From Planctomycetota bacterium (lineage in GTDB: Bacteria; Planctomycetota; MHYJ01; JACQXL01; JACRIJ01): 64,000 nucleotides of DNA. This document shows, one piece after another, positions 49,236 to 59,455 of the stretch. The stretch covers positions 27,748 to 91,747 of the forward strand of contig JACRIJ010000111.1 of assembly GCA_016220095.1 (NCBI GenBank), read 5' to 3'. Position 1 is the first letter of the stretch. Every line of letters starts with the position of its first letter. A model generated the notes under the pieces. The model made no database searches and was not told where the DNA came from. It was given only the letters and a program-made list of their open reading frames with translations. The position numbers and the translations under genes were made by a program.

Positions 49236-50003
49236 TCATTTAATGTATCTCTTCATTTCGTCTATACATTTCTTACAAAACGGCTTGCCGCTTTTCAATC
49301 TGTCTTCAGATAATTTTTCCCAAGCATCAGGAACCCTGCCCCCCTGCCTCATAACGCATTCCTGATCGCAATGGTCTTTATATAATACTGAACTGTTGGA
49401 TTGGTCTGACAATGCATCAATGCCATTTCTTCCAGATGCGGCTAAAAAAACATGCCCTAATTCGTGCATAACAAGCGTTTTTATGCATTCTTCTTGCTTT
49501 TGAGAATCAGACAATCCCCGAAACCTTTTAACTGAAAGAACCACGCCGATATCTGGAAAGCTATCACCTATTACGAAGTTATACCAAGCACCGTCATCGC
49601 GTTTACTCGTAAGATCTTTATCAATAATCATTACAACAAAATGTAAAAGGTTTTTTGTTAGCGGTGATTTCCGATAAAGTTTCAGCAGATCATCGTCATA
49701 AATCTGGCATCCATTGGCAGTTTTTACTTGTGCTTCAGCAAGATACCAATCTATACTTTCATGTTCGCCTGAACCCTGATTCCAACATCCAAGGTCATTA
49801 ATCTGAATTTCTTTTTCAAGACCGATGATTTTTAAAATGGTTTTTACCCCGCTCATGACCGCACTGTGTTCATTTTTTGTCACGCTGGCGGAATTCATTA
49901 TGAATACTGGTTTTCTTATTTGCATATAAAATTGTTTTCCACGCGCATTATACGCGATTCTGACCGGTACTTCCTTCTTCATTTTCCCTCGTATCTTCTT
50001 CAA
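49236..50003 (-). CDS. Archaemetzincin (M54)-like zinc metallopeptidase
   Basis: HELGHVF; HC...CVMRQG; FCKKC; start uncertain. Confidence 0.7.
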   Translation of the reverse strand: MKKIRGKMKKEVPVRIAYNARGKQFYMQIRKPVFIMNSASVTKNEHSAVMSGVKTILKIIGLEKEIQINDLGCWNQGSGEHESIDWYLAEAQVKTANGCQIYDDDLLKLYRKSPLTKNLLHFVVMIIDKDLTSKRDDGAWYNFVIGDSFPDIGVVLSVKRFRGLSDSQKQEECIKTLVMHELGHVFLAASGRNGIDALSDQSNSSVLYKDHCDQECVMRQGGRVPDAWEKLSEDRLKSGKPFCKKCIDEMKRYIK

Positions 50004-50157
50004 TTATTGACAGATATTCCTTCCAGCTTATTTCCCCATCCAAGAAGGCCTTTTTAAAGCCGGTTATGTCGGCGGCCTCTTTTTCGCATTCCGGCGAACA
50101 AAACGGGCTGTTCGGCCTTACCGGCGCCTTTACACAAATAGCACAATAAAGTATCAT
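49948..50157 (-). CDS. Small zinc-ribbon protein (DUF2116-like)
   Basis: CAIC....FCSPEC. Confidence 0.45.
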   Translation of the reverse strand: MILYCAICVKAPVRPNSPFCSPECEKEAADITGFKKAFLDGEISWKEYLSIIEEDTRENEEGSTGQNRV

Positions 50158-50578
50158 ATTATTATTATCGGTATTTGTTTCCCCATAAAATACAAAAAAA
50201 CAAAGGTGTTTCTGCCTTACCTCTGCAATCGGCTTGTTTCCTCGCTGGGCGCAATAAAATTTATTTTCATACGAGAAATACGGGGATTTGCCATAACTAA
50301 ACACCATATTTAACAATTCAAGACTATTGTTAAGTATAAAACATGACGATATTGTTATTATGGAAATCTCGCGCGAAAGGAATTTCCTTATTAAACAAAA
50401 ATATGCATTTATTAAATACCGCCATAACGACCAAGAAAACGTATTAGCAGGCATTTGTCTTGTATTCGTAATAGATTGTTCGTCAACAGTTCTTCGTGTC
50501 TTCTCCCTTTTCCTTAGTTAATATTTATGTAAGTGATCCCGCGCAGGGAGTGCCTTCGTGGCAAAGAAATAAAAAGTA

Positions 50579-51712
50579 ATGGACATAAATCTATTCAAAA
50601 ACACAACTGCCGGCCGGTTGGCCAAGGCGCCTGAAGGTTATTTCGCCTTCATACCGGCCCCTTTGCCGCCGGAATTCAAATGGTCTGCCGGAATGGGTTC
50701 GCTGATATCCCAGGCGTCTTACGCATTCGGACAGCTTGCCGCCACTGCCGAACACCTGCCCGAATGCAAACTCTTAGTCCCGGCTTTTCTCAGGCGCGAG
50801 GCCGTTTTCTCCTGCAAAATCAAAGGACGCCTGACTTCCATGTCAGACCTTTTTCTGTGTGAAACCACAGGCATGGAAATCTACAAAGACGTCAAGGAAT
50901 CCGTCAGTTATACGCAGGCCCTTGAACAAGGCCGCGCCATTTCCATGGAAAAAGGATTCAATTTTCAACTCCTGCGCGAACTGCATAAAACGCTTTCGCA
51001 AGATGCCGCCGCGATAATAAATCCCGGCGAATTCCGCGGCAAACAGACCTGGACCGGCCTGCCGGCAAGTACTATTGACGCCGCATCCTACGTGCCTCCG
51101 CCCGCGGATGAACTCAAAACCGCTATGGCGCAATTTGAAGATTTTCTTACCTCGGAAAAATCCATGCCCGCCCTTATCAAGGCCGCTTTTCTTCTCTACC
51201 AGCTTGAAGCCGTCAGGCCTTTTGCCGCAAGAAACGGAAAATTGGCGAGGATCTTCATAGTGCTTTTCCTTTCCAACGCCGCCGGGCTCCCGTCTCCGCT
51301 CTTTGGCATCAGCCCTTTTCTGGCGAAATACCGCGACGAATACCAATCCGCATTTCTGAACGCGTGCAGGCAGGGCGCGTGGCAGACGTGGGTGGAATTC
51401 TTCCTCCGCGCCGCATCAGACCAGGCGCAGAACGCCGTTCAGCGCGCGCATTCCTTATTGGCTCTGCGCCGGGATATGTTGAAAAAAATCGCTGACGCGC
51501 CGCCTACGACGGAAAAATTGCTGGATTTTCTTTTCGCAAGGCCGGTCATCAACGTTAATTCCGCCGCGCAGGCGCTGGACCTGACGTTTCCCGCGATAAG
51601 CAAGGCCATGCGCGGGCTTGAAACCGCCGGCATCATCGCGGAATTCACCGGCAATAAACGCAATAAGATCTATGCCGCCGAGGATATTTTAAAATTGCTG
51701 GAAAAAGAATAA
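50579..51712 (+). CDS. Fic_N-Fic-wHTH protein with degenerate active site
   Basis: AFIPAPLPP, PGEFR..Q.W, YVPPP, GNKRNKIY; Fic motif reads RPFAARNGKLAR. Confidence 0.85.
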   Translation: MDINLFKNTTAGRLAKAPEGYFAFIPAPLPPEFKWSAGMGSLISQASYAFGQLAATAEHLPECKLLVPAFLRREAVFSCKIKGRLTSMSDLFLCETTGMEIYKDVKESVSYTQALEQGRAISMEKGFNFQLLRELHKTLSQDAAAIINPGEFRGKQTWTGLPASTIDAASYVPPPADELKTAMAQFEDFLTSEKSMPALIKAAFLLYQLEAVRPFAARNGKLARIFIVLFLSNAAGLPSPLFGISPFLAKYRDEYQSAFLNACRQGAWQTWVEFFLRAASDQAQNAVQRAHSLLALRRDMLKKIADAPPTTEKLLDFLFARPVINVNSAAQALDLTFPAISKAMRGLETAGIIAEFTGNKRNKIYAAEDILKLLEKE

Positions 51713-51842
51713 TACTATTCTTAAGAATTCCGCCAAAAATATGCGCATCATTTTAACAAATTGCTTAAAAAGTTGTACTCCGACGAATTCATCCGCCTAA
51801 ATATTTCTTGACAATCTATACACTTTCGTATAGAATGTCAGG

Positions 51843-53096
51843 ATGAATCTGGACCGCAGTATTTATAATTCTGTTATCGGCAGTATCGGCCGCAGGGAAA
51901 TCGGCATTATCGTAGGCCCGCGGCAGGTCGGTAAAACCACCCTTCTTAAGGAAATCGCCGGTTATTGCAAAAATAACCGCATTGCCTTTAAATACTACAA
52001 TCTGGAAATGCCTGCGGATGCGGGCTTTTTCGCGAGAACGCCGGCAAACATACTGGCGGACCTTACCCGGAATAAAAACGTCGTGCTTATAGACGAATTC
52101 CATTACCTGCCCAACGCGACAAAATTATTCAAGGCCATATATGACGGTTATCCGGATGTAAAGGTTTTTGCTTCCGGTTCGTCGGCCATTGAAATGCATA
52201 AGCACCTGAAAGAAAGCCTCGCGGGCAGAAGGCATTTATTCAGGATGTTTCCTCTCTCATTCTGGGAATGGCTGCCCTGCAGAACAACGTCCCTGAAAAA
52301 ACCCGAATCGTTTGATTCGGAATTCAGCGCTCAAACCCATGAAAAACTGAAAACGTTTCTTGATGAATTTGTTATTTTCGGGGGAATGCCGGGGCTTGTG
52401 CACGAAAAAAGCAGGGATTTCCAGAAACGGTTGCTTTTGGATTTAGTCGCAACTTACATGCAAAAGGACATTAAGGCCTTATTGCGTGAGGAAGACATCC
52501 TTTCGTTCAACAGGATGCTCGCTCTTCTCGCGTCACAAGAGGGAAACCTATTAAGCGAGAATAACGTTTCAAACAGCCTGAATTATTCCCTTCGCCAGGT
52601 AAGAAATGACCTTGCCATTCTTGACCAGACTTTTTTGCTGAACATCCTGAAGCCGTTCCATGCGAACCGCGGCAGGGAATTGAAACAAACCAATAAGACA
52701 TATTTTTTTGATTCCGGCATACGCAATGCCATACTCCAGGACTTCAGGATTCCCGGCAACAGGCCCGACAAAGGCGCTCTTATGGAAGCTTTCGTGCTCC
52801 AGGAAATACAGAAACACATGCGGGTTACCCAGGAACTTTTTTATTGGCGCACAAGGGAAAAAAACGAGGTTGATTTCATATTAGTACAGGACAGGACGCC
52901 TGTACCCGTTGAAGTAAAATCCCAAATTTCAGCCGGAGAGATTCCCGGCGGAATAAAACAATTTTTTGCCAACTATAAGGAAAGCCGTTTGGCAGTGGTG
53001 CTGAACGATTCCATCAGGGCGCTTGTGAAATACGAAGGACGCAAAATATTATTCGCGCCGCATTATTACGCGGCGCTGATTCCGGAATTGTTTTAA
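51843..53096 (+). CDS. AAA+ ATPase with DUF4143 domain
   Basis: GPRQVGKTT, IDEFH, SGSS, ESLAGR, KTYFFDSG, EVDF...PVEVK. Confidence 0.9.
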   Translation: MNLDRSIYNSVIGSIGRREIGIIVGPRQVGKTTLLKEIAGYCKNNRIAFKYYNLEMPADAGFFARTPANILADLTRNKNVVLIDEFHYLPNATKLFKAIYDGYPDVKVFASGSSAIEMHKHLKESLAGRRHLFRMFPLSFWEWLPCRTTSLKKPESFDSEFSAQTHEKLKTFLDEFVIFGGMPGLVHEKSRDFQKRLLLDLVATYMQKDIKALLREEDILSFNRMLALLASQEGNLLSENNVSNSLNYSLRQVRNDLAILDQTFLLNILKPFHANRGRELKQTNKTYFFDSGIRNAILQDFRIPGNRPDKGALMEAFVLQEIQKHMRVTQELFYWRTREKNEVDFILVQDRTPVPVEVKSQISAGEIPGGIKQFFANYKESRLAVVLNDSIRALVKYEGRKILFAPHYYAALIPELF

Positions 53097-53117
53097 TTTT
53101 TGAAAGGCAGTATTTGT

Positions 53118-54176
53118 ATGGAACTGCAGAAAATGCGGAAAAAAATCGATCTTATTGACTACGAGATGCTCAAGCTTCTCAACCAGCGTATGGAATACGT
53201 CCTGCGACTGAAGAAACTGAAAAGCTCGGTCACCGACACTGACCGCGAGCTTGAGGTATTCCAGCACATACGCAGGTTTTCCCAGCATCTTATCAAACCG
53301 GAATTTTCCGAAAAAATTTTCAGGGAAATCATAAAAGAAAGCAAACGCCTTCAGGAACAGGACATCAAGGTCGTCGGATTCCAGGGCGAACACGGGGCTT
53401 ACAGCGAGGTCGCGGCGCTCTCGTACGAGCCGGCCCTCGTGCCTATTCCGTGCGTTGATTTCGTTGACGTATTTGAAGGCGTCAAGAACAACCAGCTTGA
53501 TTACGGCATCGTGCCCGTGGAGAATTCCCTTGAAGGCGCTGTCGCGCAGGTAAACGACCTGCTGATTGAAACCGACCTCAAGATTACGGGCGAAATCAGC
53601 ATCCCCATCCACCACCACCTGCTTGCCATAAAGGAAACGGATTACCGCGACATACGCGTGGTATATTCCCATCCCCAGGCGCTCGCGCAATGCCACGGTT
53701 TTATTTCACGCAACAAACTTGACCCGAGGCCGTTCTACGATACCGCGGGCGCGGCCAAAATGCTCGCCGCCAAAGGCGCGCGGTCTATCGCGGCCATTTC
53801 CAGCGCGTTATGCGCCGAACTATACAACCTTGACATCATCAAGGAAAACATTGAAGACCACGAATCAAACAAAACGAGATTCCTCGTTTTATCCGCCGAA
53901 CCCTCAAAGGCCGCCGGCAACAAGTGTTCCATGATATTCCAGACCCGGCACGAGGCAGGCGCCTTGTTCAGGGTCTTAAGGATTTTCTCCGATGCGGACA
54001 TAAATCTTACCCGGATAGAATCCCGGCCGGTACGCAAAGAACCCGGCCAGTACGCGTTCCTCCTTGATTTCCTCGGTTCCGATACCGACGCGAAAATACG
54101 CGGGGCGCTTGAAAAGGTTAAAAAAGAAACCGCCATGTTCAAATTCATGGGCTGTTACAAGGAGGCCGTGAAATGA
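53118..54176 (+). CDS. pheA: Chorismate mutase/prephenate dehydratase (P-protein)
   Basis: RKKIDLID; FQGEHGAYS; PVENSLEG; SHPQALAQC; NKTRF; ACT domain INLTRIESRP. Confidence 0.95.
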   Translation: MELQKMRKKIDLIDYEMLKLLNQRMEYVLRLKKLKSSVTDTDRELEVFQHIRRFSQHLIKPEFSEKIFREIIKESKRLQEQDIKVVGFQGEHGAYSEVAALSYEPALVPIPCVDFVDVFEGVKNNQLDYGIVPVENSLEGAVAQVNDLLIETDLKITGEISIPIHHHLLAIKETDYRDIRVVYSHPQALAQCHGFISRNKLDPRPFYDTAGAAKMLAAKGARSIAAISSALCAELYNLDIIKENIEDHESNKTRFLVLSAEPSKAAGNKCSMIFQTRHEAGALFRVLRIFSDADINLTRIESRPVRKEPGQYAFLLDFLGSDTDAKIRGALEKVKKETAMFKFMGCYKEAVK

Positions 54177-54961
54177 AAATCGCCATAACAGGCGCCGGCC
54201 ACATGGGCTCATGGCTTGCGAAAGAATTGTCTGCCGGCAATTCCATTGCCATTTATGATACCGATACAGCCAAAGCCGCTTCGGCCGCGGCCGGCATAAA
54301 GAATTGCCGTTCGTTTGATGGAATTTCAGGATTAAAGGAATTCGCTCCCGAAATGTTCATAAACACCGCGAGCCTGCAGAATACCGTTGCCGCGTATAAA
54401 GAGTCGGAAAAATTCCTCCCGAAGGATTGCGTCTTGTGCGATGTGGCTTCAGTCAAAAACGGACTGCCTGAATATTACACCGGATGCGGATTCAGATTTG
54501 TTTCCTTTCATCCGATGTTCGGCCCGACCTTCGCGGACATGAACGCATTAAAAGAAGAAAACGTTGTGCTTATAAGGGAATCCGATGAAACTGCCGCGGA
54601 ATTTTTCAGGGCGTTCTTTAAGCGGCTCGGCCTTCGCATATTTGAATATTCCTTCGCGGAACATGACCGGATGATGGCGTATTCGCTGACGATACCGTTC
54701 GTATCTTCGCTTGTATTTGCGGCATGCGTGGACGCCACGGCAGTGCCTGGAACCACGTTCTCACGGCATATAAATATAGCCCGCGGCCTGCTTTCCGAAG
54801 ACGACCATCTGCTGGCGGAAATCCTGTTCAACCCGAATTCGTTGGAAAAAATAGAAAAAATAACGTCCAGGCTTGAATACCTGAAGCATATAATAAAAGG
54901 TAGGGATTCGGAAGAGATAACGAAGTTTTTTAATAAATTACGGAACAATGTAACCGCATAA
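54173..54961 (+). CDS. tyrA: Prephenate/arogenate dehydrogenase
   Basis: GAGHMG, DVASVK, HPMFGP, EHDRMMA. Confidence 0.9.
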   Translation: MKIAITGAGHMGSWLAKELSAGNSIAIYDTDTAKAASAAAGIKNCRSFDGISGLKEFAPEMFINTASLQNTVAAYKESEKFLPKDCVLCDVASVKNGLPEYYTGCGFRFVSFHPMFGPTFADMNALKEENVVLIRESDETAAEFFRAFFKRLGLRIFEYSFAEHDRMMAYSLTIPFVSSLVFAACVDATAVPGTTFSRHINIARGLLSEDDHLLAEILFNPNSLEKIEKITSRLEYLKHIIKGRDSEEITKFFNKLRNNVTA

Positions 54962-54967
54962 CTTTTT

Positions 54968-55121
54968 GCCACAGAGCCCACAAAGGACTCAAAGAGCGGC
55001 GACTTCGGAAAGCTGACGATATGCCCGTCAAAGCATAGGATGTGTATTTGATGACAGTCTGCGATCGTAAAACTATCGGCGTTTGTGCGCGCTCAAGAAA
55101 TATCGTTTCTCTTTCTGTGGC
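54968..55121. mobile_element. MITE-like element, second copy of the 37659-37837 family
   Basis: GCCACAGAG...TCTGTGGC ends; conserved CGTCAAAGC-N-TTTGATGACAGT core. Confidence 0.55.
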
Positions 55122-55193
55122 TGCGTCAGCCGTGTAATCGTAATCCGCTTAATCTGTTAAATCTGTTGTTAAAAAGGAATATGTTAAATCTTT

Positions 55194-56009
55194 ATGAAAA
55201 ACATAAAACTCGTTGCCCTTAGCGGCAGTAAAAGAACTATCGTAAAAGTTGACGGCGTTAAAATCGGCGAAGGTTTTACCGTAATTGCCGGGCCGTGCAG
55301 TGTTGAAAGCGAAGAGCAGACCCTTGAAACCGCGCGCGCGGTCAAAAAAGCCGGCGCCGACATGTTCCGCGGAGGGGCTTTTAAGCCGCGCACGTCTCCT
55401 TATGCCTTCCAGGGCCTGGGCTTAAAGGCCCTTAAGATCCTTGAAAAGGCCAAGAAGGAAACCGGCATGCCCATAGTTACCGAAGTGCTTGACACGCGCG
55501 ACGTGTCCTGGGTATGCGAATACGCGGACATACTGCAGATAGGCGCGAGGAACATGCAGAATTTTTCCCTCCTCAAGGAAGCGGGAAAATCCAACAAAAC
55601 GGTACTGCTCAAACGTGGCATGCATTCCACCATAGAAGAATGGCTCAACTGCGCGGAATACATTTTAAATGAAGGCAATCCGAACGTCATACTTTGCGAA
55701 AGGGGCATACGCACGTTTGAAACCTACACGAGAAACACGCTTGATTTAAGCGCGATACCGGCGGTCAAGGAATTGACGCATTTGCCGGTGATAGTTGACC
55801 CGTCGCATGCCGTAGGAAAGGTAAGCCTTATAGAACCGATGTGCCTCGCCGCCGTTGCCGCAGGCGCGGACGGATTGATTATAGAAGTCCACAGAAACCC
55901 GACCGAGGCGCTCAGCGATAAGGAACAGGCGCTCAATCCCAGACAATTCTCTGATATAATGAAAAAAACGCGGGCGTTATACAAATACGTTACCGAGTTA
56001 AGGGGTTAA
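55194..56009 (+). CDS. aroF: DAHP synthase type I-beta without regulatory domain
   Basis: [41 protein letters not shown]. Confidence 0.93.
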   Translation: MKNIKLVALSGSKRTIVKVDGVKIGEGFTVIAGPCSVESEEQTLETARAVKKAGADMFRGGAFKPRTSPYAFQGLGLKALKILEKAKKETGMPIVTEVLDTRDVSWVCEYADILQIGARNMQNFSLLKEAGKSNKTVLLKRGMHSTIEEWLNCAEYILNEGNPNVILCERGIRTFETYTRNTLDLSAIPAVKELTHLPVIVDPSHAVGKVSLIEPMCLAAVAAGADGLIIEVHRNPTEALSDKEQALNPRQFSDIMKKTRALYKYVTELRG

Positions 56010-56133
56010 AGGGTTTGAATTAGGGGCGAATGGCCATTCGCCCTTACTGCTTATTTAACTGCCTGTAAATATCTTGCATTCCGTCCTGTTTTTTGCTATA
56101 GTACAGCCAAACGTGTTATGGAGGTTTCTCTTT

Positions 56134-57744
56134 ATGAGACCGGATATGTGTAAGTATTTGTTTTTAATTTTGTTCATCGCCGTGTCATGCCTGCTCGCGT
56201 CTGCCGGCGATATTATTGACGACGCGTCAAACGATTTCAGAAAGTTCTCCAAAGAAGGAGACTCCGCCAAGGCTAAAGCCGCTATAACCATGATAGCGCG
56301 CGCCAATAACCTGAAGGCCGCAAAGGCGCTCCTTAAGATTGTGCTGGAGGTCCCGAAGGAGAACGACGAACTCTACTGGGCCGCGCTCAACGGCATCGCG
56401 GCCGTGGACAATGCCGAGGCCGGCCAGGAAATCATCACCTTCCTGTCCAAGAACATGAAAAAACCCATAGCCGTTGACCTGGTATTCATCCTGAAATCAA
56501 ATCCCAATGACAAAATGATTCCCGTCATGGAAACCGTACTTAAGGACGGCACCGCGGAGATGAAAGAACTCGCCGTAGATTACATCAGCTCCGTGGAATC
56601 CGACAAAGCCGCGCTTTCGCTTATCAATGCCCTCGGCATACTGGGCGCTAATGACGCAACCATAAAAAGCCGCATAGTCAAAATCCTTGAGAGCCGCTCG
56701 GGCGAAACATTCGGGGAAAATATTGCGGCATGGAAACAGTGGTTGGATGAAAACAAGGATTCCGGAGGCGCCGCGGCCGCCGGCGCGCCCGCGCCTAAAG
56801 CCGCTGATACGGCAAAAGACATGCTGGATTCGGTAAGAAAATCCGAAGTGGAAAATATCGGCAAAGGCTCGGGTGAAATTATCGTTATTGACGGCAAATG
56901 CGTCTGCGGCCAGGACCATAGCTTTGATCATATACAGGAAACCCTTAAACAACTCGGCATTCCGCATACCGTAGTAAGCAGGCCGGATTTCGATGCGGAT
57001 TCGTACCGGATGGACGACAAGGTGGCCATCATTTTTAACTGCAACATGTATAAGGACCACTGCATATGCCCTACCTGCAAGCCCAGCGCGGATAAGAATA
57101 TGCGCCTGTATACCTGCACGGGCTGTGACATACACGACAAAAGAAATAATAAATTCAGCGATAAGACAATAGAAAAAATCCGTAATTATGTCGCCAACGG
57201 CGGATATATTTTTACTGAAGACTGGGAGCTTGAAGAAGTGCTGGAAAGAGCCTTCCCGGAATACGTCGGGCATACGGCGTATTTAAGCGAACAACAGGTT
57301 AAAATCCTTCCTGAAAAAGGCGCGGCCGCGCACCCGTATTTGAAAGGCGTATTTGAAAGGCCCGTCAAGGCCGTCCAGGGAGGCGACGCAGGCAAGACAA
57401 TGGTGGAAAAACCCCAGTTGAAGGTGGGCGACGGCGAATGGAAAATAGACCAGGACAGCCCGAATTTAGTCGTCAAAAAAGCCGGCGACGTAGCCGTCCT
57501 TATGGTCAGCCCTGAACTTAAAAAAATAGACGCCGAGGCGGACAGCGTGGCAGTAACATTCCGTTATACCGGTAAGAAAAAAGCCGCCGTCGCATCGGGC
57601 GGAGGCGCCAAACCGGAAGGCGGCAGTGTGCTCCACGTTCTAAGCCATTTCGGCAAACAGAAAAGCAAAACCGACGCGTTCGCTCTGCAATACCTCCTGC
57701 TGAATTTCCTCGCGGATGCAAATCAGGCCTTTAAAAACCGGTAA
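56134..57744 (+). CDS. Secreted HEAT-repeat plus class-I GATase-like domain protein with Cys-rich inserts
   Basis: Signal peptide; helical repeats; D.I...L..LGIP, IFNC, YVANGGYIFTEDW; CVC and CICPTC..CTGC. Confidence 0.6.
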   Translation: MRPDMCKYLFLILFIAVSCLLASAGDIIDDASNDFRKFSKEGDSAKAKAAITMIARANNLKAAKALLKIVLEVPKENDELYWAALNGIAAVDNAEAGQEIITFLSKNMKKPIAVDLVFILKSNPNDKMIPVMETVLKDGTAEMKELAVDYISSVESDKAALSLINALGILGANDATIKSRIVKILESRSGETFGENIAAWKQWLDENKDSGGAAAAGAPAPKAADTAKDMLDSVRKSEVENIGKGSGEIIVIDGKCVCGQDHSFDHIQETLKQLGIPHTVVSRPDFDADSYRMDDKVAIIFNCNMYKDHCICPTCKPSADKNMRLYTCTGCDIHDKRNNKFSDKTIEKIRNYVANGGYIFTEDWELEEVLERAFPEYVGHTAYLSEQQVKILPEKGAAAHPYLKGVFERPVKAVQGGDAGKTMVEKPQLKVGDGEWKIDQDSPNLVVKKAGDVAVLMVSPELKKIDAEADSVAVTFRYTGKKKAAVASGGGAKPEGGSVLHVLSHFGKQKSKTDAFALQYLLLNFLADANQAFKNR

Positions 57745-57869
57745 TGAAACCAATGATTTGCATGCCAGTATTTCCGTAGGGGCGAACCTGTGCGTCCGCC
57801 CCTTAAAACCATCAGAAAACTCAGGCCCGAATCCCATCCGTGCCCCCATGCCCATCATCATTAAAAATA

Positions 57870-57923
57870 TTGACTTTTTTTGAAAAATTTGTATACTTTA
57901 TAGATGTAGTCATAATATGACTA
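57870..57923 (+). promoter_or_regulatory. abiE promoter and operator inverted repeat
   Basis: TTGACT...TATACT; perfect inverted repeat TAGTCATA-A-TATGACTA at 57907-57923. Confidence 0.65.
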
Positions 57924-57944
57924 TTATTTATAAGGATAGGGCCT

Positions 57945-58580
57945 ATGAATAGGCTTACAGAACATTTTTTTAAAACGTCTGTTTGGATTTTTAATCAAAC
58001 TGACGTAAAAATGGCCATCAACGGTTCTCGTTTCAGCCGGCACGGACTTATCAAGCGTGCGATTGCGAACGGCGAGATCTTAAAGATTCGCCGGGGGCTT
58101 TACTGTCTTGCGCCTGCATATCAGAAAAAACCTGTCGGCATTTATGGCATTTCCGAATATATTTACGGGCCCAGCTATATCAGTTTTGAAACCGCGCTCA
58201 GCTACCACGGCTGGATTCCCGAATCGGTTTATGTTTGTACATGCGCAAGTTACCGCAATTCAAAGGAATTCAAAACGCCTTTAGGAATTTTCAGTTATAA
58301 TCATGTGCCCCAGAAGGCATTTTATGCGGACGTTGAACGATGTGTTGGCAGTAACGGAAACGTTTATTTTATGGCATCCGCCGTCAAGGCTATGGCGGAT
58401 TATGTTTATGTTCGCAAACCCGGCTGGACGAACATCCATGATGCCGCAAAAAGCCTTCGCATCGAGTCAATTGATTTGCATTCTGTAAATGCTCAGCAAT
58501 TAAGCGCTCTAACAGAAAATTACAATAATGGCAGAGTAAAGCATTTTCTCAATAATTGGAAGGGGGCTCTAAAATCATGA
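57945..58580 (+). CDS. abiEi: AbiEi-family antitoxin (type IV toxin-antitoxin)
   Basis: LKIRRGLY, PSYISFETALSYHGWIPE, KAMAD. Confidence 0.88.
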   Translation: MNRLTEHFFKTSVWIFNQTDVKMAINGSRFSRHGLIKRAIANGEILKIRRGLYCLAPAYQKKPVGIYGISEYIYGPSYISFETALSYHGWIPESVYVCTCASYRNSKEFKTPLGIFSYNHVPQKAFYADVERCVGSNGNVYFMASAVKAMADYVYVRKPGWTNIHDAAKSLRIESIDLHSVNAQQLSALTENYNNGRVKHFLNNWKGALKS

Positions 58581-59434
58581 ACGTACAAATAATACAGCAA
58601 AGACTGCTGTCGTATAACTGCAAAACAGAAATCGATGAACAACATGCAATACGCGAGATTACGCAAGATGTGGTTCTCGCGGCATTAGGGCGCAGTGATT
58701 TTTTCCAGCATGCTTTATTTCACGGCGGCACCTGTCTTCGGATATTTTACGGATTGAACCGGTTTTCGGAAGACATGGATTTCATTCTTCAAGAGCCTGA
58801 CAAGGAATTCAGCTTTGAAAACTGCATTAATCCGCTCAAAGACGAACTGTCCGCCTACGGATATAACGCGGATATTACCGACCGCAGTACTGCCGGCGCG
58901 GCGGTCAAAAAGGCGTTTCTGAAAGATGAATTAATAGGAAAAGTAATTGAATTCCAATATCAAAACCAGACCGGTCCGATGAACAAAATCCGCATCAAGC
59001 TTGAGGTGGACACAAACCCGCCGATTGGAAGCGGCAGTGAACTGAAATACGTTGATTTTCCGTTTGTTTCATCAGTTGCCGTGCAAGACAGGCCCAGCCT
59101 GTTTGCAGGCAAACTCCATGCCTTGCTTTGCAGAGAATATGCAAAGGGCCGCGATTGGTATGATTTTATATGGTATACAGGACGGGATATTGATATTAAT
59201 TATACGTTCTTGACTTCAGCAATCGCGCAAATGGGTCCATGGAAAAATCAAGGCATTCAAGTCAATGAAACATGGCTTGTTGGAGAACTTGAAAAAAAAA
59301 TACTTTCACTCAACTGGGGGCAGGTTGCCGATGATGTGCGGCGCTTTATCCCCATTAACGAACAGCAGTCGCTTGGCCTCTGGGACAAAGAACTGTTTTT
59401 ACAGCAGTTGGCCAAGTTACGAAAGTTCGTGTAA
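58577..59434 (+). CDS. abiEii: AbiEii-family nucleotidyltransferase toxin
   Basis: FHGGTCLR..YGLNRFSEDMDF, IKLEVD, K..ALL.R...KGRDWYD; ATGA overlap with abiEi. Confidence 0.92.
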   Translation: MNVQIIQQRLLSYNCKTEIDEQHAIREITQDVVLAALGRSDFFQHALFHGGTCLRIFYGLNRFSEDMDFILQEPDKEFSFENCINPLKDELSAYGYNADITDRSTAGAAVKKAFLKDELIGKVIEFQYQNQTGPMNKIRIKLEVDTNPPIGSGSELKYVDFPFVSSVAVQDRPSLFAGKLHALLCREYAKGRDWYDFIWYTGRDIDINYTFLTSAIAQMGPWKNQGIQVNETWLVGELEKKILSLNWGQVADDVRRFIPINEQQSLGLWDKELFLQQLAKLRKFV

Positions 59435-59455
59435 GAGCGGTTTTGCCCCGCCCCT

